A stretch of 62,722 nucleotides of DNA, filler included, from Sphacelaria rigidula (GCA_964200075.2; 7 parts of 7 records of this genome joined end to end with filler, not necessarily neighbours in it), one strand, 5' to 3'. Positions 1 to 13,001 are shown, counted from the first letter of the whole stretch. Numbers and translations are program-made. The notes: generated from the letters alone by a model not told the origin.

Positions 1-66
1 AAAAACAAAAAAAATATTTTCTCCTTTCCTCTCTCTCCCGTTCCCCGCCCGTTCCCGCCCCAGCGA

Positions 67-104
<38 letters not shown>

Positions 105-1500
105 GCCACCTGAAAAATGGAAATCAGCATGGTACGACTACTAGGTATTGAAGGCCACAATTATGAGTGTTGTTTTCCCTGACGAAGAATCTGCCTAGCC
201 GACACATGCAACCACAACAACAAGATATTTTGCTAAGGTCAGGTCCCGCCCGGCATCAAGTTTCTGATCGAGGTTAACGAGGATCGTGGGTGACACTACT
301 AGAGAGATCTCACCACGCTCGTACTGCGCTTCATAGCCTATACGACAGGACATGGCTAGGGAGGTCAAACGCAAACCGCAACGGGTACTTCACCCTGGAG
401 GTAACGGTCATGTCTTGCTGAGAAAGTTCCTGTGACGACATAAACCCATCCCGTGCTTTGCATCGCGGCTCAGAGCCAGGCATAACAAGGATACTAGTCG
501 ACAGCATGGTCAGTATCGTCGTGGCGTTTCGGATGAGATAGGCACGGGTGATCTTGGTGGACTTTCGTGGGAAAACCTGTACTTGTGCCAACACTCACTC
601 TCCACCTAACGGCCTCAATTGAGCACTTCCAACAGCACTGGGTATTAGGGACCACTGTTCTTTGTTCTAAAAGAATCAAAGAGATCCGCATAAATTTTCT
701 TCACTTTCCTTCAGCTGGTGTTTCCCTTTTGCTCTGTCTCGGGTACGTCTATCATGTGGATAATGACCACGACAGATTATGACTCCTGGGGGATCAGTTA
801 ATATGCGAAAATCAATCGATTAATCAGTCACTGTTAACCCTTTTGGAGCCCTCCCCTTCCGTGCTCGGGCCAGACGCCTCATTATTTCAAGTCCTAACAA
901 ACACAAAAAGATGGAACCAGAAAAGACCGACGGCAATCATTTCTACTCTGGAAGACCGCAGAGAAGATTTCAGAAGCATACGTCACGGGTGCACCAAAAA
1001 TAAAGCCCCGGAGCGGTCGGGTTGGGTTTGCCCGATAATACCACGCAAGATGTGAAGTGTGTCCAGTTGTATGCATCGATAAAACCCGAGAAAAACGGAA
1101 CAAACTCCCATACGCGAGCTTTCCTCACTGGGAAAAAAGTTACTTCGAGTTCGGTACACGAATCTGTCACATTATTAGACTTGAACTAAGAGTGGCGCAC
1201 CGTTTTGGCGGGCTGCATCATCATCGCTTGCAGAAAAACAACCATATCTTGCCCACGAAAACGTCAATTGTAAATCCTCATTTTTTCATCAACGGTTTCA
1301 GAAGGCTTGAAGGAGGTTTGTGAGCTTACTTGTAGCGGCCAAATCCGCATCTGCTCACAGCACTTGCCTTTCATGTTGATTCTTGCTGAATTTGATTTTT
1401 CGACCAAATTGATGGAGACCCTCACGCATCGTGAGTCGGGAGAGCAAGCAAGTTGTCTTCCCACTTGTGATAGTGTAAATTCACTCAGGGTTCGTCTCAC

Positions 1501-1650
1501 CGCACTAGTCCAGGTAAGGTTGTCGTGGCTGAGCATGACGGCCTTCGGGGGGCCGGTAGTGCCACTAGTGTAGATGAGCGACGAAGCCGACCCTGGCTTC
1601 AGTCCAGCCACACGCTCTGCGATGCTCGAGTCCGGAATCGCGTTTCCGAG
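1501..1650 (-). CDS. ACSBG-like acyl-CoA synthetase, internal exon 5 (AMP-binding motif)
   Basis: 150 nt encoding LGNAIPDSSIAERVAGLKPGSASSLIYTSGTTGPPKAVMLSHDNLTWTSA, which contains the AMP-binding signature YTSGTTGPPK. CAG acceptor, GTGAGA donor. The gene continues beyond the contig on both sides. Confidence 0.95.
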
Positions 1651-1995
1651 CTGCCATTGATGCCATGATTCATTCACAACATCGAAAAAAAAAAGAGTAT
1701 TGACGTGATGCACATCTCCGGGAGAACATGGCATCTGGTTGCCTTTGGGTAATGACAAGAGCAGCGAAAAAATAGTGTGAGTATTCTCCTGCGAATTCAT
1801 TCATCTTATACAATACCGAAATCCAATATATGAAATAAATGGTTGAGCCTTGTGGTACACTTTGCACCACGTCATCATCCATACACGATACCGAGCGTTA
1901 CAACAATAGACGTGCGTAAGATTCGGCAACACACGTTGCATATCATCTCGTCACCCTCGTCACCTTGACGCAATTTGAAAAAGCACAAAATTCAC

Positions 1996-2103
1996 CTCCA
2001 TGAACTGGCTCCACGTGTACACGGGGAATCCAATGTCGAGCCCTGCCGGCACGTCCCCGCGGTACATGACGATCGCCTTCACCGTCTCTAGAGTGGGGGC
2101 GAC
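1996..2103 (-). CDS. ACSBG-like acyl-CoA synthetase, internal exon 4
   Basis: 108 nt encoding VAPTLETVKAIVMYRGDVPAGLDIGFPVYTWSQFME (a frame not in the ORF track). AAG acceptor, GTGAAT donor. Confidence 0.88.
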
Positions 2104-3293
2104 CTTGTTTTTGTGCATGAAAGTTAATTAACCCCAAATAAAAACGACAGCGACATGAGTGACAACAAACAATCACGAAATAATCGTGCATATGAAATAC
2201 AATATCTCCATTTGTTCCATAATTTGCGCTGCGACCGAGATGAACACATGACGGCGATAGCACGCAAGTAGATTCCGCGCGATACGTCACAGTCCGTTTC
2301 ACTGTCCCTGGCAGGTTTCTGGCCTAAAGATCGCCAATCGACGTGTTTCGAACACCTAAGATAGCAAAAACGGTGAAGTGGAATCACACTTCATCACTTG
2401 ACATTTTTAGGGTCCCTGGGCCCTGTTCACAGCATCGTATCCTTCGGATCTATGACCGCACATCGCGACGGTTTCGTGGTTGCGCCCGACCCTACGCGTT
2501 TAGTCCGTCCTACGACCAGAAGCTCGCGCTGCGGTACAGCTGCACGTGTTCCATACAACGTCCGCGACTTCAGGCTCAATCATATAACCGAGCACGCCCC
2601 CCCCCCCCCCGCCGTACGCCCATCTCTCATCGGAAAAGACTTCCCCGTTAACACAGTAGACAACAAGTATATGCGGGCTATTGATTGAAGAAGGAAGTTT
2701 TGTACCCTGTTGGGGCGTTGATTCGGCCAACACACATGCTTTTCAACACGCATGTCCTCACAGCTTCTATGTAATGCTTGATAAGTGATGCCGTAGACTG
2801 CTGCCATACCCCGACCGCAAACACTAAAATGCGCCAATGCAGTAGTGGTATGAACATTACGCTGCAGGACAACCAAACAAGGCGCTAGCCAATCAATCAT
2901 CAAAGCACCCGGGGCAGTCTACCCCACTTGTTGTGCAACAAAGTGAAGAACTGCAGGGTCCGTATCGTCGTTCGACAGTTTCTGAGCTTTGGTGTCTGCA
3001 CATACAACGTCGAACAATCGATACTTGAATAATTCTCCAATCACGTCGTTTCACGGCAAAAATGACGGCATCACGATTCGAACTAGTTCGTCCGCGTGTT
3101 GAAAACACTGCAACAACTCCACGAAAGACACATGTGTCGAGAGTGCCGCAAAATCCTATGAAACATCTCTTGATATCCAGCACGTGCACGCATGTACATA
3201 ACTGTCAATCAGAGCAAAATGCAGACGTACGCTCGGGCACCCAGCATCTGTTGATTCAAATGTGTGCGCGCAATGCGCTGTGAAATAACCGAC

Positions 3294-3374
3294 CTTTATG
3301 TATTTATCGAGCTGAAGCTGGTTCTCCACCACCACTAACTCCGCCCGGGAGTGGTTCGCAATGTACTTGCACGC
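3294..3374 (-). CDS. ACSBG-like acyl-CoA synthetase, internal exon 3
   Basis: 81 nt encoding ACKYIANHSRAELVVVENQLQLDKYIK. CAG/GT boundaries, phase 0/0. Confidence 0.92.
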
Positions 3375-4368
3375 CTGCCGATGCATCAAAACATCAACGC
3401 AACGATATATTTTGAGGCGATCACGTTGCGGGCTCATGAAATCATCGAACACCTCGCACGAGGAGCATCACACCCTGGCGCCCACTAATCGCACACCAAA
3501 GACCGGGTATAGCACTCAACACACGATGCAATCGCGCATCAAGCAACAAAAATCCAAAACGTCTCGAGACGAAGTGAGCAGTTTCGAAAAAAAAAAAGCT
3601 TAATGGATATGAGGGAAAGAACGGTCACTCGTGGAAAATTTTGTAGCCCTGACAAGTAGTTAGCTACGCTACACAAAGTATGGCGCTTTGCTACGCATGG
3701 GACAGAGTAGATTTGAGTACAAACAAGCATAGTACAGTGCAGTACAATGATCCTACCCATGTTACGTATGAGACGAAGATCTGGACAAGGTGAGCAACAA
3801 CAACAGTTTTTACCATCAGGTGAGGAAAAAAATCACCAAACTTACACAGGGAGAAAGCAGATTACCTGGTAGTTCTGTTTCTGTAGGCTCAGACGTTAAC
3901 CGAATTCTCTTCTCGTAGTTGTGAGATAGTGACGAGTAACGGAATATTGCGTTGTGGTCCATGAGGCGAAGCTGACTGTAATTGACTTGATTCGCTGGTA
4001 GGCTGCCTATGTATATTGTAGTGGCATTGATGTCGGGAAGTTGCGGTGTCAAACATCGTCAGAAAGGTACTGTATCCGAATCGTTCTCGGCATCGCGATA
4101 CGACACACATTGCCGTCAACAACGAAAAGGCTTGGAAAGTGCGCGTAAGGTTGATACAAACACAAAACCAGGTGCCGCAATGCAACGAAAACCTAAGGCG
4201 TACAGGTGAAGATTGCCGGAAAGAGCTCGTCGTCAGACCCACCTGTTGTCAAAGCTATACACTTCAAAAATACCGCAATTTTGCAACCCATACGGGGACT
4301 GCAGTAGAAGTTTGTTTTGCAACTCGTTTCGACAACGTGTTGTGTTACTCGTGCCCACGAGTACCGAC

Positions 4369-4519
4369 CTCAGGGAGATTGGAGATGTAAATTCCCGCAC
4401 CGATTCCACCGGCAGCCATAACCCCCATGTTGGCGATGAACCACTCGACCGAATTGAAGCCCAAGATGTTGATGCACTGGTGGGGCGCGAAGCCTAGCGA
4501 CAGCAGACCCTTTCCGAAC
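4369..4519 (-). CDS. ACSBG-like acyl-CoA synthetase, internal exon 2
   Basis: Encodes (R)FGKGLLSLGFAPHQCINILGFNSVEWFIANMGVMAAGGIGAGIYISNLPE, a typical ACSBG/LACS segment. CAG acceptor, GTCGG donor. Confidence 0.92.
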
Positions 4520-5366
4520 CTGTTCCAGTCGTTTGTTTCGTGAAGCGCAACCACGTTTCCGCAACAGTGCGTCAAGAGAGAAAAAAACAGCCGATCGGAT
4601 CGCCGAAATTTCCCGAAATTGGTTTTACACCTAGGACCCCAACATATCGGTTGTCGAAATCCACATTTGTATGACGTGTAGCAGTTGCCAATTATTACCA
4701 GTAGGTGAAGGAATGGAACCATCTTTCGACGATTTGGTGTGGATACGAAGATTTTAATTATACGGGTTGTCGTCCTCAATGAAAAAGCCTCATTCTGAAT
4801 TTCGATGATCGGCTCTTAATACGTCATCCCCACGTGTCCGGGAAAGGGATTGATGTTTTGCAAAATGGTTCCATCGTACTTGGAAGGCCTAGAGAGGATA
4901 AGGTGGGGACACATTGTGGTGCAAAAAATCTCGACCAAGAGAAACCTCTGAAAGCAACTAGAATAGAAGGCGCCGCTTGTACATAAAGTGAGCCTTTGCC
5001 TTAGTTTAGGGGGCAGTCACAGCGCGTCAAGTACTTTGAAGCAAGATAATAAGTGAGATATACACATTTGTCCGAGGTTACGCTTCCCGAAAATATGGGT
5101 TCAAACGCTGGACCCATTGTACGCCATACGAATTCCTACGCCCGTCGTGAAACTTATTTTCGATGCAGTAACAAGATAAACGATAACGATAACGTCTACC
5201 TCACCGAGAAAACAATGACCAAGAGTCGGAAGAAGATGCACAATGAAAGGTTGGTCGAGTGACGTCTTGGATACTTAGAGTTATTGTGTTCCATGCACCG
5301 AACACTCGCATTATACAGGCTGGGTCGCCGAAGATTAGAAGAGGAATGTTCTCACGCGAGTCTTGA

Positions 5367-5985
5367 GCTCAATTTTGGATCGTTTTCGATGAAATTTTGA
5401 CACGATGTAAATAAAGGACGTACATGCAAAGACTCCGAAAATCCCCCCCGTGTTTTTCCCCCCTTCTTCGTGAATTATTGGCGATTTAGTTCCGAAAAAC
5501 GTTCTGAAATGTTCCGTCGCCGATAACTCTCAAAGAAAGAAAGCAAAACAAGGGGGGGAGTTTCCGGGGCCTTTGCATGTACGTTCTGTACATCATGTCA
5601 AAATTTCATCGAAAAATGATCAAAATTGAGCGAAGAATATGCGTCATTCCGTCGACAACCGGTTACTATAGTACATGGAGGTGGACCGGTTACCAATAAC
5701 TCAAACGCATTTATGCTGTTCAATTTCAAGCTGTGTTCGATGAAAGTTTGATGCGATGTACAGGACGTATGTGCGAATACAGAACCTTTCCTCCCGTGTT
5801 TTTTTTTTTCTCTTCTTCGTGAGTTTTTGGCAATTTTGGTTCGGAAAAAAAATGTTCTGAAAAGTTCTGTCGCCGATAACTCACGAAGAAAAGAAAAAAA
5901 AACACACGGGAGGAATGAAGGGGTGTTTGCACATACGTCCTGTACATCATGTCATTATTTTATCGAAAACGACCGAATATTGAGC
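5367..5985. mobile_element. Two adjacent copies (5367-5631, 5718-5985) of a ~265-bp foldback MITE-like unit
   Basis: Each unit is a long imperfect palindrome (gctcaattttggatcgttttcgatgaaattttgacac...tgtcaaaatttcatcgaaaaatgatcaaaattgagc). The two units align with each other and lie in an intron of the ligase gene. Confidence 0.7.
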
Positions 5986-6671
5986 TCGGGAATTGTGCTA
6001 CAGCTTGTGCGACACCACGCGGCACAAAACTGACTGTAACCGGACATCCAATCTCAGCCGTCTAAATCCGCCGCACATTGTACCCTCAACTTAATACACT
6101 TTCGCCCTTGACTATAGTTTGTTATTTCGTTTGATGAGACCTTGTCGGATCGCAGCGCTACATGGATTTGAAGACGCGCGCTGATTTGCCGATTACCACG
6201 ATGTGTCATACGAAGTAGTAGGCACAACTCGCGATACATCGTCAGTTCGAACGGGTTGAAGGAAAGTGAGCTTATGAGGCAGCCCAGCCTGTATTTCATA
6301 CCGGGAACGCGTTCCATGCAACGATGTCGCGATCGCTCAACACTGTACTTGCGGTGTGTGCGTCTACGCCTGGCACGGGTACAAGCCTTCTTCCCACCAT
6401 TTATTTCCCCACGGAACTTGCACCCGCATTGTTACATTGCGCGTGTCTTCGAAGGCTTGTCGTCTGATTCATCGAGCCATATATCCATGATAAAACATTG
6501 CTCTGTAGTAACAACATGAAAACAAAAAACCATATAGTGTACACTCACACAACTCGGGCGAGACAACATCAATAAGCGGATGGAAAAAAAAAAAACAGAG
6601 TAAAAACACCGAGCACCCTGGAGATCTTTCCGAACCCGCCAAAGTCGTGCCAATGCAGCCAAATCGAATCC

Positions 6672-6783
6672 GTATTACTCCACAGCCTGGGCAATATATG
6701 GTCAATAGATGCGATACACAAAAATGTACTGGGTAAAGTAGAGGCCTACTGATTGGCCATGTATTGTCCAGGGTGTGCAATAC
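6672..6783. mobile_element. Small MITE with CCACA(G/C)CCTGG(G/A)CAATA terminal inverted repeats
   Basis: gtattactccacagcctgggcaata ... tattgtccagggtgtgcaatac; a related copy lies at 12847-13001. Confidence 0.55.
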
Positions 6784-7352
6784 TCCAAGCAAAAGATTAC
6801 CAGCAAAGAACGTACGAGCCACGAAGGTAAACCAACGGAGAGCAAACTTCGATGATGATGTGATCATCAGACGTCAAGCGAAACGTGTCAAAGACATGTA
6901 TTTTCACATGTTGTACATCTCGATTCATCCCCCGCCCCTTCTCCGGACGAGCTCGTAGTTTAAAGGGGTCAACACATTTCGGTACTTGCCTTGTGCTGCG
7001 TGACCAATCGGGTAATGGATCAGCCGTCCCGCAGTAGCACTTTGAGTTCTATCGGCTTTTAAGCTCTTTTAATTCTTCTTCCCATTTTCAACTCCTCCAC
7101 TTCCTCGGAGCCACTGTGTGGTCTTATGGGATCAACCCATATCTCGTCCGATGTACTGTTTTGCCAATTCTCGTCCTCAGCGGTGTCGGGCAGCGAAATC
7201 AGAAAAAAAAAGCTTTTACGAATACTGTCGGGATTAGAAGTCACAAAATCTATCAAGATTAAGATTACTTGCCAGCTCATGAGCCAATTTCACCACCGGG
7301 ACACGGAGTACCCGTGTCAATATTGATGGCGACATGAATGGTCGTACGGTAC

Positions 7353-7420
7353 CTCAGACTCTCCGCGTAATACTGTCCCCACGTGATGGTGGTCCATGGG
7401 ACTTCGGTTGCCGACGCGCC
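7353..7420 (-). CDS. Long-chain fatty acid-CoA ligase (bubblegum/ACSBG-like), internal exon 1 of 5 visible
   Basis: Encodes GASATEVPWTTITWGQYYAESL(R). Acceptor ...ctcaag, donor GTACC; the phase-2 end joins the next exon in frame. Confidence 0.8.
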
Positions 7421-7604
7421 CTTGAGTTGCAGCAAAATCGTTTTGTACACGAGCGACGAGCGAAACACGGGGGAAGGACACACGGTGAGGCCCGTAGAGA
7501 CAGGTTACTATTATTAACATGGGTGAGTCAAAAGAACTTTTCGCTGCTTGTGGTTACACTCTTGTGAAGGCCAAAAGTTGATCAACCGGGTGGGAAGGGG
7601 GGGG

Positions 7605-7806
7605 GTACTCATGTTGTTGCTTGCCTTCGCCGTTTGACCATTGACCACGTATCCCTTTCGAGACGCAGCACCGTTCCTACTTCTAATAGATATAATGTCA
7701 TGTGACATATAATAGGGAAGGGGGGTGGGGGGATGGGGAGGTACGCATGATCATGCCAGTCATATTCATAAGACCATTGACCTCGCATCCCTACAAAGCC
7801 GGGACG
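7605..7806 (-). mobile_element. Two stacked non-LTR retrotransposon 3'-end fragments separated and flanked by G-rich tracts
   Basis: 7605-~7700 matches the 3' end of the LINE at 19847 (RNGAxSRKGxVVNxQTxKASN). 7741-7806 matches the fragment at 17425-17490. Confidence 0.75.
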
Positions 7807-8875
7807 AGGGCAGGGGAGGGGATTGGAAGGAGGGAGGTGATATCATCCGTATCCTCGGCAATACTTTTTTGGGCATCCTAAAAGCGCGACCAACTTGCCG
7901 CTAGCTCGCGGGAGGCGTGTCGGTGCTACTCTAGATAAAGGACCGTGGTACATGACTTCAGTGTGAAAGTACAGAGTAAGATGAGAAAAAATTACGATAG
8001 ACCCGATAAGGTGTGCTCCAATAATATCAAGAAGAAGCTATTGACCTCGATGGGAAACTTCAGCTGCATGTACAATTTTGTTTTGGGAGGGGGTGAACGA
8101 ATTGGAGGGGGGGGGATTTACTAGTTTTAGTGCGGTGCGAGGGTCCGCGTAAAAGCGGTGTAAGCCCTCTCCGGCTCGCGAGACGTCGTCCCGGTAGAGC
8201 CGACGGGCTGGTCGTGGAAAGCTGCACACGGTGTCGAGGTGTAGAAGAGGTCGTACTTGAAGTAAGTGCTCAAAGCAGGACATCAATAACTTATTGAAGA
8301 GTATATCTCCAGAACGCTAACTAAACACCCTACTCTCACACTCGTATTTCAATACCCAGCGAGCGGATGCCACTCTCATAGCCGTTTAGCTACTTGTAAC
8401 ACCGTCTGATAATAACCAAGAAGACTGCCCGTGGGTGGCCGTCAGCCGCTTCATCATGGATGGGCAATCACGAGCAAGCAACATTTTTTAGGTCTGACCC
8501 AGATCGGTTAACCCTTGGACCGCGAGGGTAGTCCATCTGTGTCCTGCATACTTGTTTCAAGTGAAATTGGTGTCGATTCAACAGATGACCCACTCTCACT
8601 GTTAAATGATTGGCATGTGCCAATCCAGAGACCAGACGGCAGGACATTTTTGTGAACAGAAAAAAAGTCTTCGCCACCAACTACTATTGTCAGCTGAAGA
8701 TGGGGTCCCCGAGACAAGGCTGGCGGCCGAATGATTAATTCAGGCCGGATGTCATGGCAAACAGATTTTTGGCCCACGGGTTGTTCACTTTTTGGCGTTT
8801 GACCCACTTTTTGACCCCTAAACAGGGAAAATCGCCAACACACGTCTTGGACACTTTGCATCAACCCACAGAGAG

Positions 8876-8975
8876 NNNNNNNNNNNNNNNNNNNNNNNNN
8901 NNNNNNNNNNNNNNNNNNNTTAATTAATTAANNNNNNNNNNNNNNNNNNNNNNNNNNNNNNNNNNNNNNNNNNNN
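8876..8975. other. Artificial contig linker
   Basis: 44 N + TTAATTAATTAA (stop codons in all six frames) + 44 N = 100 bp. Confidence 0.98.
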
Positions 8976-9100
8976 CCACCTTCCCACGAGGAAAACACTC
9001 ATGCAAACCCAACCCCCCCAATCTATCTTTTCAATCCAACACTCCCACCCCCCCCCCCCCCCCCGCCCCTCGCCCCCCTACCAACCCCAACACTAAACAG

Positions 9101-9507
9101 AGTGGGTAACAACAACATCAGCAACGATAGCAACAACACCACAGCCAACCACAACCACATTAAACCCGAAATTGACCACCTCCGCGACGAAGTCGCCCGC
9201 CAGTTTTTCACGGAGCGCCGCGCGGCGGGGGAGGGCGCTGGTGCCTACTCCCCACCCACCCGACCACCCAGTTCCCCCCCTCTGACCCCCGTCACGGGGG
9301 GTGGCCGGGGTGGATCGCCAGAGCACCTCAGGGCCGCTTCGCCGCGATCGGCCTCTCCGAGGGAATCGCCAAAGGGCGCCGGGAAAACGGGGGAGGTTGA
9401 GTGGTGGGGCGATGGTCGGAAAGGAGCGATGACGTATAGTGGGGAGGGTAGGAGAGCAGTAGGGGCTGGGTCGGGGGCAGCGTCACCGACGAGGAGTGCA
9501 CGCAGCG
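9101..9507 (+). CDS. Exon of an uncharacterised host protein (low-complexity, Ser/Pro/Gly-rich)
   Basis: Acceptor ctaaacag at 9100, donor GTGAGG at 9508. The phase-1 end joins exon 11784 in frame (...SARS-A-GSGYTHYSG). Confidence 0.7.
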
Positions 9508-10439
9508 GTGAGGTTTGCTGCTGTACAGTGCAGTCGAAGGGTAAAGTCGGCGACCTGTCATGAGGCCCGCGAAGCATTTTTTCGAGGACGGCTACCTCGT
9601 GTTCCCGTGGACCACCGTTGTTTCTTTTGCATGCTGCTGATTGATTATTTTGTTTTTCAAGTACCATGATACTTTCAAAAGCAGACTTTTTTTTTTTTCT
9701 CTGCTCTCCATATTCATTCAAGGCTGGCTGGCGAAGCCCTTCCTTGTTTTTCGGTAGGTGTTTTTTTTCTTCCTTCAAGTTTTAGCGACACCTTTGCAGA
9801 CGACACTAGCCCCTGACAAAAACATCCATAGTGTTTATTTAGTCAAAAACTCGTGAACAGGCCTGTCAACTTTGAAGGAAGCAGCGATGTATCCATTCCT
9901 GTCGGTGATCTGAGTATGATTCAGGTAATGTTTGGGTACAATAACTCAAAACGTGCCGGCCGATCCTCCTAGAGCTCGAGCTCAACATGGCCGAACAGGT
10001 GTTCGGGGGGAAACTGTGATTGTTGCGATACTGCTTTGACTGGACGACTTTGTGTGTGTATGGATGGGGGGGTACTCATGATCTTGCGTGTGTCGGGTGG
10101 GGGGGGGGGGGGGGAATCGGTTCCGAGGGGGGGGGAGAAAGCTTTTTTTATTTGATTTAATGGGTCAATTTTCACCTGAATTTTTTTCCTTTANNNNNNN
10201 NNNTTGTTGGGGTTTGTGTGTGGTTGTGGTGGTTGTGGTTTTGGGGTTGGTGGGGGGGTGTTTGGGTGGGGGGGGGAGAATCGGTTCCGACGTGGCAGTA
10301 GACAGCTTTATTTACTTGATTCAATGAGTCAATATTACACTGAATCTCTTCACTTGAATCGAATGAAATAATCCTCGTGTCCTAGGCAAAGCGTGTGAGG
10401 CAGCTACTGTTTCCCCGCTGAAGGATGAATCTGCAAAGT

Positions 10440-10443
<4 letters not shown>

Positions 10444-10486
<43 letters not shown>
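10444..10486. repeat. (CA)n microsatellite
   Basis: Read directly from the sequence. Confidence 0.95.
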
Positions 10487-10489
<3 letters not shown>

Positions 10490-11557
10490 TTGTACAGGGC
10501 AAGTGATCGCTTGAAATGCATGACACGCACCTACGATATGTTTACACCATTCATCGGCGGCTTTCTCAAATATCTTAACAAAACACCAACCGAAATTTAC
10601 CAGTCCAACTGCGCAAGTACTGGTATATACTGCCGACCGACAAGTTGTACAGACTAGGTGGTGTCGATTTCTTCGAAACTTCGATGGAATTTCAACCGTT
10701 GAAGGTCTGGATCTTTCTCTCGCAAACACGGTGCATGTTGAAATGCTTATTGTAAGTAATTACTTCATGATTACGGTCACCGGCGCTATGAATAACTCGA
10801 AAATGAAACGAAGAAAAAAGACGTTAACGGAAAACTCCAGTTAATCAAATCCCGGGGGAATCCGGGTGCGTGCGAGATAAGACTGTCGCGAAAACTCAAA
10901 CTGTCTTGAGTCATTAGCGCTCCTCGAGAAGACCCTCACTTACCATATGTGGGATATTGTCATTGCATGCACCTGCTTTGGAAGCAATATACATCATACT
11001 GGTTCCCAACGTCCGTTTGGCAGCGGGCTTAGAACGGCGAAATTTTCCACGGGCTCCCATGTTGATGTATACATGTTTCTTGCTGCTCCTGACCACGGGC
11101 TGGATTGTTGCAATCAGCTAATGTGAGATAATCACTCAATCAATCAAATCAATATGTATCTCATGAAACAAAAATGAATGATTTACCGGAATTTTTTTCA
11201 CTCGTTGTTTTCTTTTTTTTCTTTTTTTTTTCCTTGGTGATTCATGTGGAAACGCAAGCTAGTTTTTTTGTTTTTTTTCTTTCCTGTGGTGACTGACCGG
11301 CGGCAGACCGCCGACTTTTAGTTGCGCTGAAAAGCGGGAAAACAAAGTGTGGACAACGTGTCGAGCCGTTTTGAGACTCAAACTCGGAACGGTGAAAGTT
11401 GAGTCTTCCGAGCAGGCTCTCGGTGTTGATGATAACATATATATATATATATATATACATATATGCTGTTTCGGGACCACCGGCTATGCGGAACAAGCAA
11501 GTAGCGTTTTCTGTGCTGTCTATTAATAGTCTGATCAGAACGGTCTTAATGTGGAGA

Positions 11558-11600
11558 TAACAACAACAACAACAATAACAACAACAACAACAACAACAAC
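11558..11600. repeat. (AAC)n microsatellite
   Basis: Read directly from the sequence. Confidence 0.95.
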
Positions 11601-11783
11601 ACCAGCAGGAGCACCAAAGCAATGCTTATTTTTGAACGGCAAAAAACGTTCAATGAATCTTGAGAGACAAAAATGAATGGACATTACCACCAGTTGCTGC
11701 CCCACACCGCAGGAACAAATCCTCAGGGTTATGGATTCTGGCATTAGATACAGCGATTCAATTTTTGCTTTCATGCTTGGCAG

Positions 11784-11911
11784 CTGGGTCAGGCTACACG
11801 CACTATAGCGGGTTCTCCGCACGGAGCCACGGGAAGAAGGCGGCGAGTAGCGAAGCGGCCTTTTTGGCGCAAAGCACGCTGACGCCGGAGGACTTGGATG
11901 AAATACTCAAG
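11784..11911 (+). CDS. Exon of the same uncharacterised protein
   Basis: Acceptor tttttgctttcatgcttggcag; encodes (A)GSGYTHYSGFSARSHGKKAASSEAAFLAQSTLTPEDLDEILK; donor GTGAC, phase 0. Confidence 0.72.
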
Positions 11912-12846
11912 GTGACGACATGTGGGCTTCAGAAATGCTACACCATAGGATACGGTTCTATGCAGTACTGAAATATACCTGAATAATGTGCACACGTGTA
12001 CATGGCATGTGTTAGCACTCACACATATATAATAGTTTTTTCGTGAGATTGAGAGTAGAGGGCACGGTTGAGAGTGAAAAGCGGTCAATTAGTAAATGAA
12101 TCGTTTCAGTTCCGAAATTCTTCTCCACGAGACCCAATATGCTTCCTGTCGTGGCTTGTCACTGAGGCCCTCGGTATCTCTGAGTAGGATATCGGCGTGT
12201 AGCTGAAAGCACAGGCCAGTGATAAAGACAAAGCAAAGCACGCACGGAATAAAAAATTCGCCAAGTCGAAGCGAATGATCAAAGCCACTCTCAATCAGCG
12301 CTCTACTCTCAATCTCACGAAAGCGTTGTTTTATGTAGCCTTAACATGGCCGGTGTGCTCCATGAAAACGTATTTGCGCCATGTATCAGTTTTCTGCTGC
12401 CTTCCGTGACCTTGGTACTAAAACGATAACGACCAACCTTTGAACAGGCCTGAAGTTTTCTTGAGGAAGCTCAACTAGACCCTAAAACGTCTCACGACCA
12501 CGAATCATGAAATAAGGGGAGTCACAAATACACTTACACCACAGACCAAGGACTCTATATAAAGTATTGCACAGGTCGGACAGGTCATGAGTTACCTGAA
12601 TATCACTTGTTATTAGTGTACTGATCCGGACCAAGAGCTAGCTCATTTGGCCGTTTTTTTCCATGTTTGCTCCGTACTGCGCTGGACACCGAGCACGGGG
12701 AGTAGGGTAAAGGTTACGCTTTAGCTACTCGGACCCTGCTGTCACGTAGTTTGCGTTTTCGGATAAGGGATATGAGAGTCCCCTTATTCCGTTAGTTGTT
12801 TGGGGTAGCTCGTGAGATGCCCGACGTGTGGAGTATTGTAACGGGG

Positions 12847-13001
12847 TAATTATACCACACCCTGGACAATAAATTCTTTTGTAAAAAAAATGTACTGCGT
12901 ACAGTATGGAATCTATTGTCCATTGCAATAGGCGCCATAGTCAATACTGTACGCAGTACACTTTTTGACTGCATATTTTTTTGTCCAGGGTTTGAATTAT
13001 A
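12847..13001. mobile_element. Small MITE, same TIR family as 6672-6783
   Basis: taattataccacaccctggacaataaa ... ttttttgtccagggtttgaattata. Confidence 0.55.

Noticed and set aside
8920-8931. Recurrent TTAATTAATTAA palindrome at ~8975-bp spacing as a biological periodic motif
   Set aside because: Always centred in 44+44 Ns; it is a synthetic six-frame-stop linker.
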